This document shows, one piece after another, positions 19,989-29,699 of a stretch of 57,713 nucleotides of DNA. Made by a program: the position numbers and the translations under genes. The DNA is taken from positions 1 to 57,713 of the forward strand of contig MEQK01000164.1 in NCBI GenBank assembly GCA_001770175.1. The letters are read 5' to 3'. The stretch is from Bdellovibrionales bacterium RIFOXYD1_FULL_55_31. GTDB taxonomy: Bacteria; Bdellovibrionota; UBA1018. The notes below the pieces were generated by a model. The model was not told the origin of the DNA, made no database searches, and saw nothing but the letters and a program-made list of their open reading frames with translations. Within the stretch, counting starts at the first letter, position 1. Every line of letters begins with the position of its first letter.

Positions 19989-20020
19989 CGGGCCCCGCGA
20001 TCCGAAAAATGCGGGGCCCG
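19989..20020. other. GC-rich hairpin after the lipoprotein gene
   Basis: CGGGCCCCGC-N12-GCGGGGCCCG, a perfect 10 bp stem. No clear U-tract, so a terminator role is uncertain. Confidence 0.45.
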
Positions 20021-20042
20021 GAGGGAATTGGGGCGGGGGCTA

Positions 20043-20708
20043 TCAGCGCTTTCCCAAATCGTCACGAATAGAGACGTCCTGCAGTTCGTTTCCGCAGCTT
20101 GCCGGAAGCGAGTATGAGCCTGATGCGACGCCTTGGGAAAACCCACAATCCAGAATGCGTATTTTGGACTGTGTCGGATCAAATTGATTTCCGTCCCGGA
20201 GCGCGACTACCAATTCAAGCGCGAACCGGGAGGTGGTCAAAGACGGAAGGGTCACGTCTTTGGTAATAAAACTGTATTTATAACCGCCGTTGTAGCGAAA
20301 GTCCCAGAGTCCAAGACTCAGGGACGTGTTGAAGCTCATACTGGCAAGCGGGCCGCTGATTTGAACGTTCGCATACGGGTAGAGCGCCGAACCATTTTGA
20401 GACTTATAAAGCGCGATCGAAACGATCTGCGGCTGAACAGGGCCGTAGTCGGACATTTCCTGAAGCGCTTCGGTCGTCATAGTAGCCGAATACGTTCCCA
20501 TCAAGGCATCCACCGTCGAAACCAAGGATCCCGCCAGATTACTATTCGGCGCCGGCCCGTTCTGGGGCGCCGGGGTCGTTTGATGAGGCGGTACGGAATT
20601 GGTCGGGCGGGTTTCGCTCGTTTGTTGGCCACAACCGATCATGAGCATTGAAGCGGAAGCTGCTGCGAGAATCGCGATCAACAATTTTGAATCTTTTTGC
20701 ACACTCAT
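20043..20708 (-). CDS. Hypothetical lipoprotein
   Basis: Signal peptide with lipobox MIGC, Pro/Gln/Thr-rich linker, GGAG SD. Confidence 0.75.
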   Translation of the reverse strand: MSVQKDSKLLIAILAAASASMLMIGCGQQTSETRPTNSVPPHQTTPAPQNGPAPNSNLAGSLVSTVDALMGTYSATMTTEALQEMSDYGPVQPQIVSIALYKSQNGSALYPYANVQISGPLASMSFNTSLSLGLWDFRYNGGYKYSFITKDVTLPSLTTSRFALELVVALRDGNQFDPTQSKIRILDCGFSQGVASGSYSLPASCGNELQDVSIRDDLGKR

Positions 20709-20785
20709 AACCACTCCAGCCTAAGAACCTACTATTTGGAAGGCCTCTCTCATGCCGATCCGCCGATCCAATGAGGATCTATGAC

Positions 20786-20801
20786 TGCACGTGTGGTGCC
20801 A
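20786..20801 (-). promoter_or_regulatory. Putative sigma54 (-24/-12) promoter
   Basis: Minus strand reads TGGCACCACACGTGCA (GG-N10-GC), about 80 nt upstream of the lipoprotein start, with an AT-rich tract further upstream. Confidence 0.6.
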
Positions 20802-20879
20802 CGGACGCAGGGGCGTGCGAATAGAAATAATTATCCGGAATGATTGAACTCTCATGTTAGAAAATGAACGTCAGAACTG

Positions 20880-23708
20880 TCAAATAAGTGTACAGCCGGA
20901 AAGCAACTCAACCAGTTCCGCAGCTTTCTGATTTTGTTCACCGTGGGAACGAAGAATATCTGAAGCGGTTGACTCGGCAAGTTCCATTCGGCGCGGGACA
21001 CGAAGGTATTGGAGGAGTTCGCTCCAGGTTGGGTGCTGAAGGCCTTCGCATTGTTCCCAGAGAAGGTCGATGATGTTTGGCTGGTCTGAGCCGATATGAA
21101 GAGTGAAACCGAGCTCGGTTGCGAGCAGGATGCCATTGGTAGGTGATTTCACGCGTTCCATGCAGCCGATCGGAATATGGAGCGGCAGGTTTCCGGTAAT
21201 CCTGATCTCCGGATGAAGCGTGATCGCAATGGGCTCAGCTTTAGGAATGATATTCATGATTCCACGCCAGCGGACCAGGCCTTGTGCGCCGATCACGGGC
21301 TCTAGGCGTTTTTGTGCAATTCTGACCTGTTCGAGACCGCGCGCCGCCCGAACGAAAATCGCGGCGCGGATTTTTGATCCTGTTTCGTCTGATGGAAGCC
21401 GATTGAGCGCCTCTCGAACCTGTTTGGGGCGATAGGCACATTCGGATGCAAGCCTTTCCCATTCGCCGGGGAGAGGATGAGCAAACGTCGACGGGTCAGA
21501 ATTCGGCAGAACTACACCGAGCGCCTCGAACAAGGCTTTCGGAATCGGAATCCATTTCACGGTCTGTTCGTCTAGCACCCATCGGTTGTTGCGGCGTTCG
21601 GCATGATGATCGAGCCACTCGCGAATCGGCTCGGATTCGAGGAATACGCATAGCGGCGCCGTCCAAGTGTCGTCGGGAACAAGGATGAGAAATCCTTTTC
21701 CCGCCGCCAATTCGGCGTTCTCACGCGGGATGGCGCGCGCGAGCAAGCGTCTCTGCTCGCCGTCCTGGGCGCAATCCACCCAGAGCCCCTTCAGGGTGGG
21801 GTCGATGATCCAGCGGTTCTGGTTTCGCGGATCGCCTTCCGGAGTTGCGCAAACCGTCGTCGCATGCGCGAGAGGAAGGGATGCCGCGCGAAGTTTTTCG
21901 AGCGCAACGAGGGCCGTCTGAGAGGCGGGCTCAGGCCAGCGTTCTGCCCATTCCTGCTGAGAGGTCGGACTCCGAGTGAGCTGCAACTCCCATTGCCCGT
22001 GGAATTGCGCTGTCGTTCCCATTCCCGCAGTTTCGTAGCCGCCGGTCGGCTTATCCGCGAGGTCGGGACCTAACGCATCCTGCAGCAGTACCGGCAATTC
22101 CACATGGCTTCGGATCTGGCCTCGCACACTCAACTGAGTCGGCCGGTGCGCGAGCCGATCTTCGAGCTTCGCTTCGCGCGAGAATAGATAAAGATACTTC
22201 GGAAAAAGCGGGATCGAGACCGGAAGCGAGTGTTTCACTTCGCTGAAATTCCACTCACGAACGAGCTTGGCTTTCTCAAGGAGGAAGCCAAGCATTTCTT
22301 CTCCTTCTTTCACTGAAAGAGGCTCTTCGCGTGCCCACCAAAGGAACCCGCCTGGACGCAGTTTGCTCAGGGCTACACAGGCCTGAAGGGCGCCAAGGCT
22401 TGTTGAGGCGCGGCGCATCTTCTTGAAATACGGCAATGTCTCGACCTGTTCACGAAAACGCTGTGAGCTCGGAGTTCTGTTTTGCCCGCGAATGGAGACT
22501 TCTTCAAAGACGAATGCGATATCGCAGGCTTCCATCTCGGCGATTCGTGATCCGATCGAAGGCTTCGCGGAAGATAACGCGAGACTGAGCTGATCTCGCG
22601 AATGCGTTTCGAGTCCGTTGCCAACGGCCCAGAGCGGGGGAGTGGAGGGGCCCCACCACAGGAGCGCCAGTTCAGCGACGATCATTTGGAAAAGCGAAGC
22701 TTCGGTGCCGATCCAGCTCACCTCTACCGGACCGTTTCTCACGATCGCTCCATCCCTGAGCGTGGGCGAAAACGCGATTTTCGCGCGTCGCAGTCGCGAT
22801 CGATCAGGTGTCACGCCGAAGCCAAGTTCGAGGCTTGCATCCCAAAGAGCCTTGAAAAACCGCGGATCGTACCCCGACAAATGCGCATGCCGGGCACGAG
22901 CGGTCGGGGCGATTAAGCTGGTCAAAAAAGTCGGGCCTTCGTCCGTAATCCGGAAGCTTTCGAGGCGGTTCCAGATTTCCTGCTGGATCGACCCGCTCGG
23001 GATGTACCACGAATAAAGATTGCGCCGGGTGAATTGCCAGCCTTCGCGATCGAGCGGCACGTGCGGTTTGAGTGCGCTCGTCAGTGCCCAATTCAGGTCG
23101 CTCAGGTCCTGGCGGGTCCAGGTCCGGAGACCGCGATCCGACCATGCTTTCAGGAGCAGTGTTTGACCGAGAACGACTAAGGCAATTTCCTCGAAATAAG
23201 TCTGAAGTGCTGATTCCTGCGCGGAACTTCTGGCGCCCTCAATCCAGCGGCGGAGCCCGCCGGCTGCATCGGCATTGCCAGCCAAAGTACTTGGGCCGGG
23301 AGTCAGGTGTGCAAGTTGATCGAGGTACTGCGCGATCGCCTCGCGCCGGCTCACGTTCAATTCGAGTAAGCGCCGCAGATTGCCCTCGAGCTCCTGGACG
23401 ATCTGGCTTTTTAAAACGACCAGGAACGGGAGTACGGAGGAAAAGGGCGACGGCAGCTCAGCAACCGCTGAATTGGCGTGCTCTTGCGAAATCGCCAAAT
23501 CCAGAAACTGCGCCATTTGGCTTCGTGTGTCAGGTTTCGTTGCGTTTGAATTTTCGCCCTGCCCGGAAGTTTCGCAATTCGGCGATACAGCCCCTGGGGT
23601 TCCCGCGGAAGGGTCAGCCCCATTTTGCGAAGAATTCGCATCATCTTTATTGGACGGTTCTGCCGCCAAAAGCAAAGACCGGAGGTCAAAAGAGACCGGT
23701 TTGTCCAT
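20880..23708 (-). CDS. Degenerate N6-adenine DNA methyltransferase-fold protein (Eco57I/TaqI-like MTase plus TRD), catalytic motifs lost
   Basis: Collinear remnants LLLKAWSDRGL, NLYSWY, AFSPTLRDG (motif I position), WIGTEAS, GNGL, CDIAFVFEE (NPPY position), LRPGGFL, and TaqI-C-like LCVFLES...VKWIPIP. Confidence 0.6.
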   Translation of the reverse strand: MDKPVSFDLRSLLLAAEPSNKDDANSSQNGADPSAGTPGAVSPNCETSGQGENSNATKPDTRSQMAQFLDLAISQEHANSAVAELPSPFSSVLPFLVVLKSQIVQELEGNLRRLLELNVSRREAIAQYLDQLAHLTPGPSTLAGNADAAGGLRRWIEGARSSAQESALQTYFEEIALVVLGQTLLLKAWSDRGLRTWTRQDLSDLNWALTSALKPHVPLDREGWQFTRRNLYSWYIPSGSIQQEIWNRLESFRITDEGPTFLTSLIAPTARARHAHLSGYDPRFFKALWDASLELGFGVTPDRSRLRRAKIAFSPTLRDGAIVRNGPVEVSWIGTEASLFQMIVAELALLWWGPSTPPLWAVGNGLETHSRDQLSLALSSAKPSIGSRIAEMEACDIAFVFEEVSIRGQNRTPSSQRFREQVETLPYFKKMRRASTSLGALQACVALSKLRPGGFLWWAREEPLSVKEGEEMLGFLLEKAKLVREWNFSEVKHSLPVSIPLFPKYLYLFSREAKLEDRLAHRPTQLSVRGQIRSHVELPVLLQDALGPDLADKPTGGYETAGMGTTAQFHGQWELQLTRSPTSQQEWAERWPEPASQTALVALEKLRAASLPLAHATTVCATPEGDPRNQNRWIIDPTLKGLWVDCAQDGEQRRLLARAIPRENAELAAGKGFLILVPDDTWTAPLCVFLESEPIREWLDHHAERRNNRWVLDEQTVKWIPIPKALFEALGVVLPNSDPSTFAHPLPGEWERLASECAYRPKQVREALNRLPSDETGSKIRAAIFVRAARGLEQVRIAQKRLEPVIGAQGLVRWRGIMNIIPKAEPIAITLHPEIRITGNLPLHIPIGCMERVKSPTNGILLATELGFTLHIGSDQPNIIDLLWEQCEGLQHPTWSELLQYLRVPRRMELAESTASDILRSHGEQNQKAAELVELLSGCTLI

Positions 23709-23888
23709 TCACTTCCCCGAAAAACTTCCCCAAAACGCTCGTTCTCAAACCCAAAATTTTATTGAAGGACGACAGTGATACCAGCGAAGTTTTCTTTTTG
23801 GCGAGAGAAAAAAACGGCTAGCACTGGCCGTTGAATATTTGCTTGGAAAACCTCGAACATAGCCGGTCAAAATAAAGTACCGCGCGCA

Positions 23889-23917
23889 TTGACGCATCGC
23901 GACAACTTGGGTATAAG
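23889..23917 (+). promoter_or_regulatory. Putative sigma70 promoter
   Basis: TTGACG-N17-TATAAG, 7 nt before ATG 23925. Confidence 0.55.
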
Positions 23918-23924
23918 GTTTTCG

Positions 23925-24515
23925 ATGAAGGTACACTATCTTGCCATTGTGGCTCTGACGCTTTGCTTACCGGTGCCATTTCTAACATCAAGTTATGCGG
24001 TCGAACAAAGGACGGAGTTTTCGTTTCAAGACCCGGGGAACGTCATTGATGAATTCCACGCTGTATCCCCTGGAATCTACCGGGGCGCAGTTCCAGGCGT
24101 AAATGGTCTGCAAGCCCTCGCGAAATTTGGTGTAAAAACCATCATTAATCTCAAAACGAATTTCACCGGGGATGATGAACGTCGGATCGCGGAGTCATTG
24201 GGAATGCAGTATGTGGCTAAACCGATGGTTCCGTTTCTCCGTCCTCAGGATCGCGACATGGCTGAAATTCTGAGAATCCTCGCAGACGGCTCTCAACATC
24301 CAGTGTTTGTTCATTGTAGGCACGGCCAGGATCGCACGGGACTCGTGATCGGACTCTATCGGGTTTTCGTCGAAAACTGGAGCCCGGCAGCCGCGTATGA
24401 CGAAATGCTTCGATATAATTTTCATCCCGAACTTTCGGCGCTGCAAAGCTATTTTGAGGAAAAGACTGACTGGTCACCCAAAGGAGAACTGATTTATGAG
24501 CTGGTCACTTTATAA
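23925..24515 (+). CDS. Exported Cys-based (PTP/DSP family) phosphatase
   Basis: Signal peptide, IYRGAVP, TIINLK, active site HCRHGQDRTG (CX5R). Confidence 0.85.
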   Translation: MKVHYLAIVALTLCLPVPFLTSSYAVEQRTEFSFQDPGNVIDEFHAVSPGIYRGAVPGVNGLQALAKFGVKTIINLKTNFTGDDERRIAESLGMQYVAKPMVPFLRPQDRDMAEILRILADGSQHPVFVHCRHGQDRTGLVIGLYRVFVENWSPAAAYDEMLRYNFHPELSALQSYFEEKTDWSPKGELIYELVTL

Positions 24516-25065
24516 TATGCGCGTGCTCTTTTTGGGTGTTGTTCTTCTTGTCGCCACATCGTTGGCTTCAAAAATGACTTTCGCGAAAGACGTGCGTTTC
24601 ATGACTATTGTCGGGCAGGACCGCGCCGATACTGTCGAACTTGAAGAAACCGCTGTCCTGATCCGTGAAGATGCAAAGGGTGGCTTGGCGTCTATCAAGG
24701 TGGTCAGTGAAGCCAATACGGTAAACGAAACTTACACGCTCCAGCAGCTTCGATCGATGAGGGGATCTCCGATTAAGTACAAATATCGAAGTTGGCTCAT
24801 CAACATGGACGTGAACGTCCTGACGATTGATGGTCAGAATCTCACTTCGCAAGGCGGCACGCTTGTTTTGAGGTATTTTCACAACGTTACGAAACCCAGA
24901 AACGGATCAGGCGTTCTCGAGCTCGAAATCGAGCGGCACGGAAGGCAGTGGTTCGCCTCGGTAAACGATCAAGCCGGACGACGGCCTATTCAAACACTCC
25001 ACCTTGTCCTGAATACGATGATGTCCGGCGTGCCCATTGGAGTCGGCGGGGTGATCGCGGAGTAA
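24496..25065 (+). CDS. Hypothetical secreted protein
   Basis: Signal peptide and AAGGAG SD; overlaps the previous gene. Confidence 0.7.
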   Translation: MSWSLYNMRVLFLGVVLLVATSLASKMTFAKDVRFMTIVGQDRADTVELEETAVLIREDAKGGLASIKVVSEANTVNETYTLQQLRSMRGSPIKYKYRSWLINMDVNVLTIDGQNLTSQGGTLVLRYFHNVTKPRNGSGVLELEIERHGRQWFASVNDQAGRRPIQTLHLVLNTMMSGVPIGVGGVIAE

Positions 25066-25122
25066 GTCACTCACGCGGCCAGGGCTGAGTAATTATTTAT
25101 AAATTCAAGAAGTTGTTGATGT

Positions 25123-25151
25123 TTGACGCAAACGCTTCGGTCCGGTAAACT
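25123..25151 (+). promoter_or_regulatory. Putative sigma70 promoter
   Basis: TTGACG-N17-TAAACT with an AT-rich upstream element. Confidence 0.6.
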
Positions 25152-25183
25152 AAAGTAAATTGCTATCTGGAAGAAGGACGTTT

Positions 25184-25933
25184 GTGAGGCGAATCTTCGA
25201 GAACAAAACAATTATCATTGTTGATGCCGATCTCGATCTTCGCGAGATGTTGGCTTTTGAATTTCGATCCCGCGGAGCGATTACCCGCGAATTTGGCAAT
25301 GTCCAGTTGGCGATCGAAGCCGGGCTAAATAGCGTGAATGGAATAATTACCGAAGTTTACACCCCCAGGGGTTCTGGGATTGACCTCCTGGTTCAGGCTA
25401 GAAAATTCAGCCAGACGGTGCCGGTGATACTGACAAATGGTTTTTCGGATATCAGTGATGCCGAAGCGTTTCGTTTGGGAGCTTCAGCGGTTTTTTTGAA
25501 ACCTTTCGACCTGAAGGTCTTGGCTCGAGCGCTGGCGGGAATGCTTGACCCGAAATCCGGCCAAAGTGCTCGCCGTGCAGCACGATATCCGACGGACATT
25601 CCAACCGAGCTGCGCCTGATGAGAACGGCGCGAAAGGTTGCGGGGCGGATTTTTAACATCAGCCGGACAGGCGCTTTTGTTCACCTGGCAAACGAAGTGC
25701 CCGAGCAAGGTGAAATCGTCAATTTTGCTTTTCGATTCGAGAAGGGACCCGCAATTCAGGTCCGAGGAAAAGCGGTCGTTCGTTGGACGAGGGCTGATTC
25801 AGGGCAGGATCTTCCAACAGGTTGCGGAATCGAATTCCAGGACTTGACCGAAAACGCTCAAGCCGAGATGGCTCGAATACTCGAATCCTTGAATGCTGAT
25901 CACGACAAATGGGTCAGCCAGTTCAGGCCGTAG
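25184..25933 (+). CDS. Atypical receiver domain plus PilZ domain protein
   Basis: IIIVDAD...IITEVYTP...KPF receiver fold. PilZ motifs RRAARY and NISRTG; VVRW..GCGIEF. Confidence 0.85.
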   Translation: MRRIFENKTIIIVDADLDLREMLAFEFRSRGAITREFGNVQLAIEAGLNSVNGIITEVYTPRGSGIDLLVQARKFSQTVPVILTNGFSDISDAEAFRLGASAVFLKPFDLKVLARALAGMLDPKSGQSARRAARYPTDIPTELRLMRTARKVAGRIFNISRTGAFVHLANEVPEQGEIVNFAFRFEKGPAIQVRGKAVVRWTRADSGQDLPTGCGIEFQDLTENAQAEMARILESLNADHDKWVSQFRP

Positions 25934-26091
25934 GAGCTTGGGCGGTCCGAAGGTTTTCAGAACCAGACCCAAAGAAATTGCGTCTGATAAGAAATATTAT
26001 GTCAACCAGACGAGATCCTGTCGGTCTTGCATAATTGCACGCTTTCTTCGACTCAGTTCGTCTTCCTCACGCGGTTTGCTACTCTACTGCT

Positions 26092-27162
26092 ATGCACCCA
26101 GCGATTCTCTCGGTGATCATCCAACTCTCATTCGCATGGGCGGCATCCCCATTGCCTTCGCACACAGCAGTTCCTGACTTGACTAGCCCTGTTGTCGCCG
26201 CAAGCCCCAGACCGGCGCCGCAAACGACGAGGCGGCCGCTCCAGGAGGCCCTTGCTGAATCGTATGCTTGTCTCATGGCCCAGGCCGATGGAACTCCGGT
26301 CGATTCGCGGCTCCTACGGTTCTCGACCGTCATTAAGAAATTTGGAGACCTGCGAAAAGACCTCTGTGAGCCCCTGACAATGGATCGTGTCTGCAAGAAA
26401 GCCGCGGCCGAATGCCGGTTATTGGGAAATGAAACCTGTTGGGCGTTAAATCAGCGCGCGCAAAGCGCACGGATGGAGTCAGTTTCACATCGCAAACTCG
26501 TACTGGAGAATACGTTCAGTTTTTTTGATTCGACTCAAAAGAACTCCGATTTTCTGAAAACCTGCTGCGGACACAACCCTGACTGCCAATCGAAGATTCT
26601 GAAGCTCGAGCTGGTCTTTGTACAGGGGCTTCCGAAGGACCAGCAGTACGCCTATTACTTCACCACTACCGACGGCAATGGCGAATTCACAAAACATCGG
26701 ATTGAACTGTCCGAGGCCATTCTTTTGAACTCCTTAAGCGCCGCCAACATCGAACGGGTTTTATTGCATGAGCTTGGGCATGCTTGCGATATCTCGCGCC
26801 ATGCCGGGCACAAATACATGACGAAAAAATTCAAAGGCTGCGCTTCTGACGAAGAATTTCGTAATCTTGAAACTTACTTTTCAAAAGAAGTCGCCAAGTG
26901 CATCCGTGATGATCTCGCTCGACCGATGGCGGCGTTCGAAAAGGCCTCTGGCCAGCGAGTCTGTCTGGCTGATTGGCTTCACGAAGCTTTCGCCGAAGCT
27001 TTCCAGTATCAGAATGCAAAAGATATTCAGAGTTTCAGCTGGGATTGTTCGGCTACGCCGCCCGATCTGATGCATCCCCCACCCGCTGTTCCTATGAATT
27101 GTATGTTGAAGCACGATCCGAAATTACGACGAAATTTATGTGGAGAACCAGGGGCTAAATAA
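26092..27162 (+). CDS. Secreted Cys-rich putative zinc metallopeptidase
   Basis: Signal peptide, LLHELGH, downstream HEAFAE, many cysteines. Confidence 0.6.
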   Translation: MHPAILSVIIQLSFAWAASPLPSHTAVPDLTSPVVAASPRPAPQTTRRPLQEALAESYACLMAQADGTPVDSRLLRFSTVIKKFGDLRKDLCEPLTMDRVCKKAAAECRLLGNETCWALNQRAQSARMESVSHRKLVLENTFSFFDSTQKNSDFLKTCCGHNPDCQSKILKLELVFVQGLPKDQQYAYYFTTTDGNGEFTKHRIELSEAILLNSLSAANIERVLLHELGHACDISRHAGHKYMTKKFKGCASDEEFRNLETYFSKEVAKCIRDDLARPMAAFEKASGQRVCLADWLHEAFAEAFQYQNAKDIQSFSWDCSATPPDLMHPPPAVPMNCMLKHDPKLRRNLCGEPGAK

Positions 27163-27177
27163 AAATTTTCCTCTCTT

Positions 27178-27858
27178 CTAGGGGACCTGTCGGCAATGAA
27201 TCGTGAAAAGAAGGTCCCGGTAGGCTCCCACTAAATAGCTGGACCACCCCAAAGGATCGTCGGTCGTCTGATAAAGCGCCCGGCCATCGGTATAATCGCC
27301 TGAGACCCCATCATGGGCATGCCACTGAATGAAATTCGCATCAGTCTTATTGCTCGCGCCCCAGGCACCCGTCAGCCTGAGCCAATAAGTCTTGTTGAAG
27401 TCTAAGGTGACGTAACCAGTAAAATTGAAACGATAAGCACCTGGAGTGCTGATGTTGGCGGGTCTCAGATTTCCCGAGGCTGCTCCGGTCGCGGAGGTCA
27501 CAACCGTACCGTTCGGTTTTCCCGGTTCGTCGCCCTCAATAGTCAGGGTGACAGGAACGTCATCAGGGACAGTGCCTGATTTCGAAAGGACCAAAGAAAC
27601 ACCGCTTACGTCGGCGCTCGCAGGCAGCTTGAAAGATTGCGCGAGGGAACTTCCTTTGTAGTCCGTAAAAACGATTGGCATTTCCGATTTCGTCGTCTCG
27701 GTCGTAAAAGTCAAGGCGACGCACTCATTTGAGGTCTCGGCTTGACTGCCGCACCCAGAAATTATGACTCCAAAAATAACGAGATAATGCGGTATGCGAG
27801 ACCCAAGGCCTCTGACATCGGACGGCATATTGCAAGTCATTCTCGAACAATAAACCAA
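27178..27858 (-). CDS. Hypothetical lipoprotein with beta-sandwich domain
   Basis: Lipobox ISGC; LAQSF...TYWLRL pattern. Start uncertain. Confidence 0.6.
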   Translation of the reverse strand: MVYCSRMTCNMPSDVRGLGSRIPHYLVIFGVIISGCGSQAETSNECVALTFTTETTKSEMPIVFTDYKGSSLAQSFKLPASADVSGVSLVLSKSGTVPDDVPVTLTIEGDEPGKPNGTVVTSATGAASGNLRPANISTPGAYRFNFTGYVTLDFNKTYWLRLTGAWGASNKTDANFIQWHAHDGVSGDYTDGRALYQTTDDPLGWSSYLVGAYRDLLFTIHCRQVP

Positions 27859-27979
27859 AGGCTCCGATTTTGACTATTTATTTTGGGTGGGTGCTTTACA
27901 AAATGGCCGATTGCGTTGACGATGTGCCGAAAGAGACGGCTGTGATGGAGCCGTGGGTGTTAAAACCCGAAGGGGGATT

Positions 27980-28672
27980 ATGAAGTCAGGGACAAAGGCG
28001 CAGGCGGTCCGCGCCGCGTTCGTCGCATCAGTGGTGTTATCGGTTTTTGCGTTCGGCCTGAGCCATGGGGCCCGTGCGGAATTCACGCCCGTATCTTCTG
28101 ATTCGGTTGATCCGGTGCTTCTCGGGAAATTTCGAAATACAAATTACTACGTCGTCATGGAACTCGATTATCTTCACCATCCTCTGGATACCTTTGTGCG
28201 GGACATGCGCGGGCAAACCCTTGCGATCGTCAGCACGCCATTCAAACAGGCCATGGACATTGAAGGAACGGGCAAACTGATAGCGGGCGACGTCCTCAAT
28301 TATGCGGGCCGTGTGAATAAGGAAATCCGGTATAAAATAACGAAGAATGAGTTCGGCGACGGCGTCGGAACTTGCGCACTCGTTCCCTTTCACACCATTG
28401 CGGTCGACCCGAAGACGATTCCACTCGGCTCCGTGGTCCAGATCGCTGAAACCATCGGAATGGTTCTCCCGGACGGATCGATTCATGACGGGATTTGGAG
28501 AGCGGAAGACGTCGGCGGTGCGATTAAAGGCGATCGAATCGATCTTTTCATCGGCGCCCGTACTAACGCGAAAACGCTGGTCCGCGCGGGAATCACGCAT
28601 CTGAAGCCGCTGACCATTCGGCTGCTTGAGACCCCCACTGAATCCTGCGTGAGCCGAGCACCGGAGATCTGA
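27980..28672 (+). CDS. 3D-domain (MltA-like) peptidoglycan-active protein
   Basis: Signal peptide; IAVDPKTIPLGS, AEDVGGAIKGDRIDLF (three Asp). Confidence 0.88.
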   Translation: MKSGTKAQAVRAAFVASVVLSVFAFGLSHGARAEFTPVSSDSVDPVLLGKFRNTNYYVVMELDYLHHPLDTFVRDMRGQTLAIVSTPFKQAMDIEGTGKLIAGDVLNYAGRVNKEIRYKITKNEFGDGVGTCALVPFHTIAVDPKTIPLGSVVQIAETIGMVLPDGSIHDGIWRAEDVGGAIKGDRIDLFIGARTNAKTLVRAGITHLKPLTIRLLETPTESCVSRAPEI

Positions 28673-28678
28673 CCGGGC

Positions 28679-29314
28679 ATGCCAGAAGCGCTGATCAGGC
28701 GTGCCCTTCCCGAAGACTGGTCAAAAATCCGTGAGATCTGTTGTAAGACCGCGCAGGCAGGAGCCGAGATCGCGCGTGAACGCTGGCCGTTTTTTGCCGA
28801 ACTCTGGGTCGGCCCCTATCAGAGACTTTTGCCTGAGTGGTGCTATGTCGCCGAATCCCCGGACGGCGAAGTCGTTGCTTACCTGACGGGTTGCCCGGAG
28901 TCGCGAAAATTCGCGGCTGCGAGAGCGATCTTTCACAGCATCCCGCTCTTCGTAAAAATCCTCACCCGGCGATATGACTGGAACGGCGATGTTAGCCGCT
29001 TCGTCCGCCGCACTTTGCGACTCGCACGGGATCCTGAACGATCCTTTTCAAGACGAGCACGCCGGCTTGTCCAAGGAAACTATCCTGCTCACCTGCACGT
29101 GAACGCCGAAGCTTCTTACCGAGGGGCGGGCATCGGTCAAAAACTCGTCGAACGCTTTATCATCGATCTGAAGGAACGAGGTTTTTCATCCGGCACTCAC
29201 ATCATTTGCGGCTCCGGACCCGTGAAATTCTATCAAAGAACGGGCTTCGAAACCCTCGAGCGGCTCGAGTTTCTGCCCGGCGTTCCCATTTACCTCATGG
29301 GTCGCCGGGCGTAG
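28679..29314 (+). CDS. GNAT family N-acetyltransferase
   Basis: IRRALPED, YPAHLHVN, YRGAGIGQKL, FYQRTGF. Confidence 0.85.
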   Translation: MPEALIRRALPEDWSKIREICCKTAQAGAEIARERWPFFAELWVGPYQRLLPEWCYVAESPDGEVVAYLTGCPESRKFAAARAIFHSIPLFVKILTRRYDWNGDVSRFVRRTLRLARDPERSFSRRARRLVQGNYPAHLHVNAEASYRGAGIGQKLVERFIIDLKERGFSSGTHIICGSGPVKFYQRTGFETLERLEFLPGVPIYLMGRRA

Positions 29315-29343
29315 AAAAAGCGATCTTACGTTGGGAAAGCTCT

Positions 29344-29646
29344 CTAAGCAGCGCGATCATGCCGATCGATCGAACTCGTTCCTGTAACCGAGCGGGTCCT
29401 TCTGCGTCCAAAAAACGCATGATAGAGGAACAAAACGACAATGGCACCGATCGTCGCTGAAATAAAACCTGCTCCCTCGCCCGGCTGATACCAACCGAGC
29501 GCCTGCCCTAGCCAGCCGGCAAGAACAGCGCCGACGATCCCGAGAAGCGTGGTCCCGAGAAGACCGAGGGCATCACGTCCGGGCATAATCGCACGGGCGA
29601 TCAAGCCAACGACAAATCCGAAAAGGATCCATCCCAAAATACTCAT
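29344..29646 (-). CDS. GlsB/YeaQ/YmgE (transglycosylase-associated) membrane protein
   Basis: MSILGWILFGFVVGLIARAIMPG...LGIVGA...ATIGAIVVL; AGGAGA SD. Confidence 0.9.
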   Translation of the reverse strand: MSILGWILFGFVVGLIARAIMPGRDALGLLGTTLLGIVGAVLAGWLGQALGWYQPGEGAGFISATIGAIVVLFLYHAFFGRRRTRSVTGTSSIDRHDRAA

Positions 29647-29699
29647 AAATAGTCTCCTATCGAGCGGAGGCGGTGCAATGGACGGGCCGATTTGAACTT

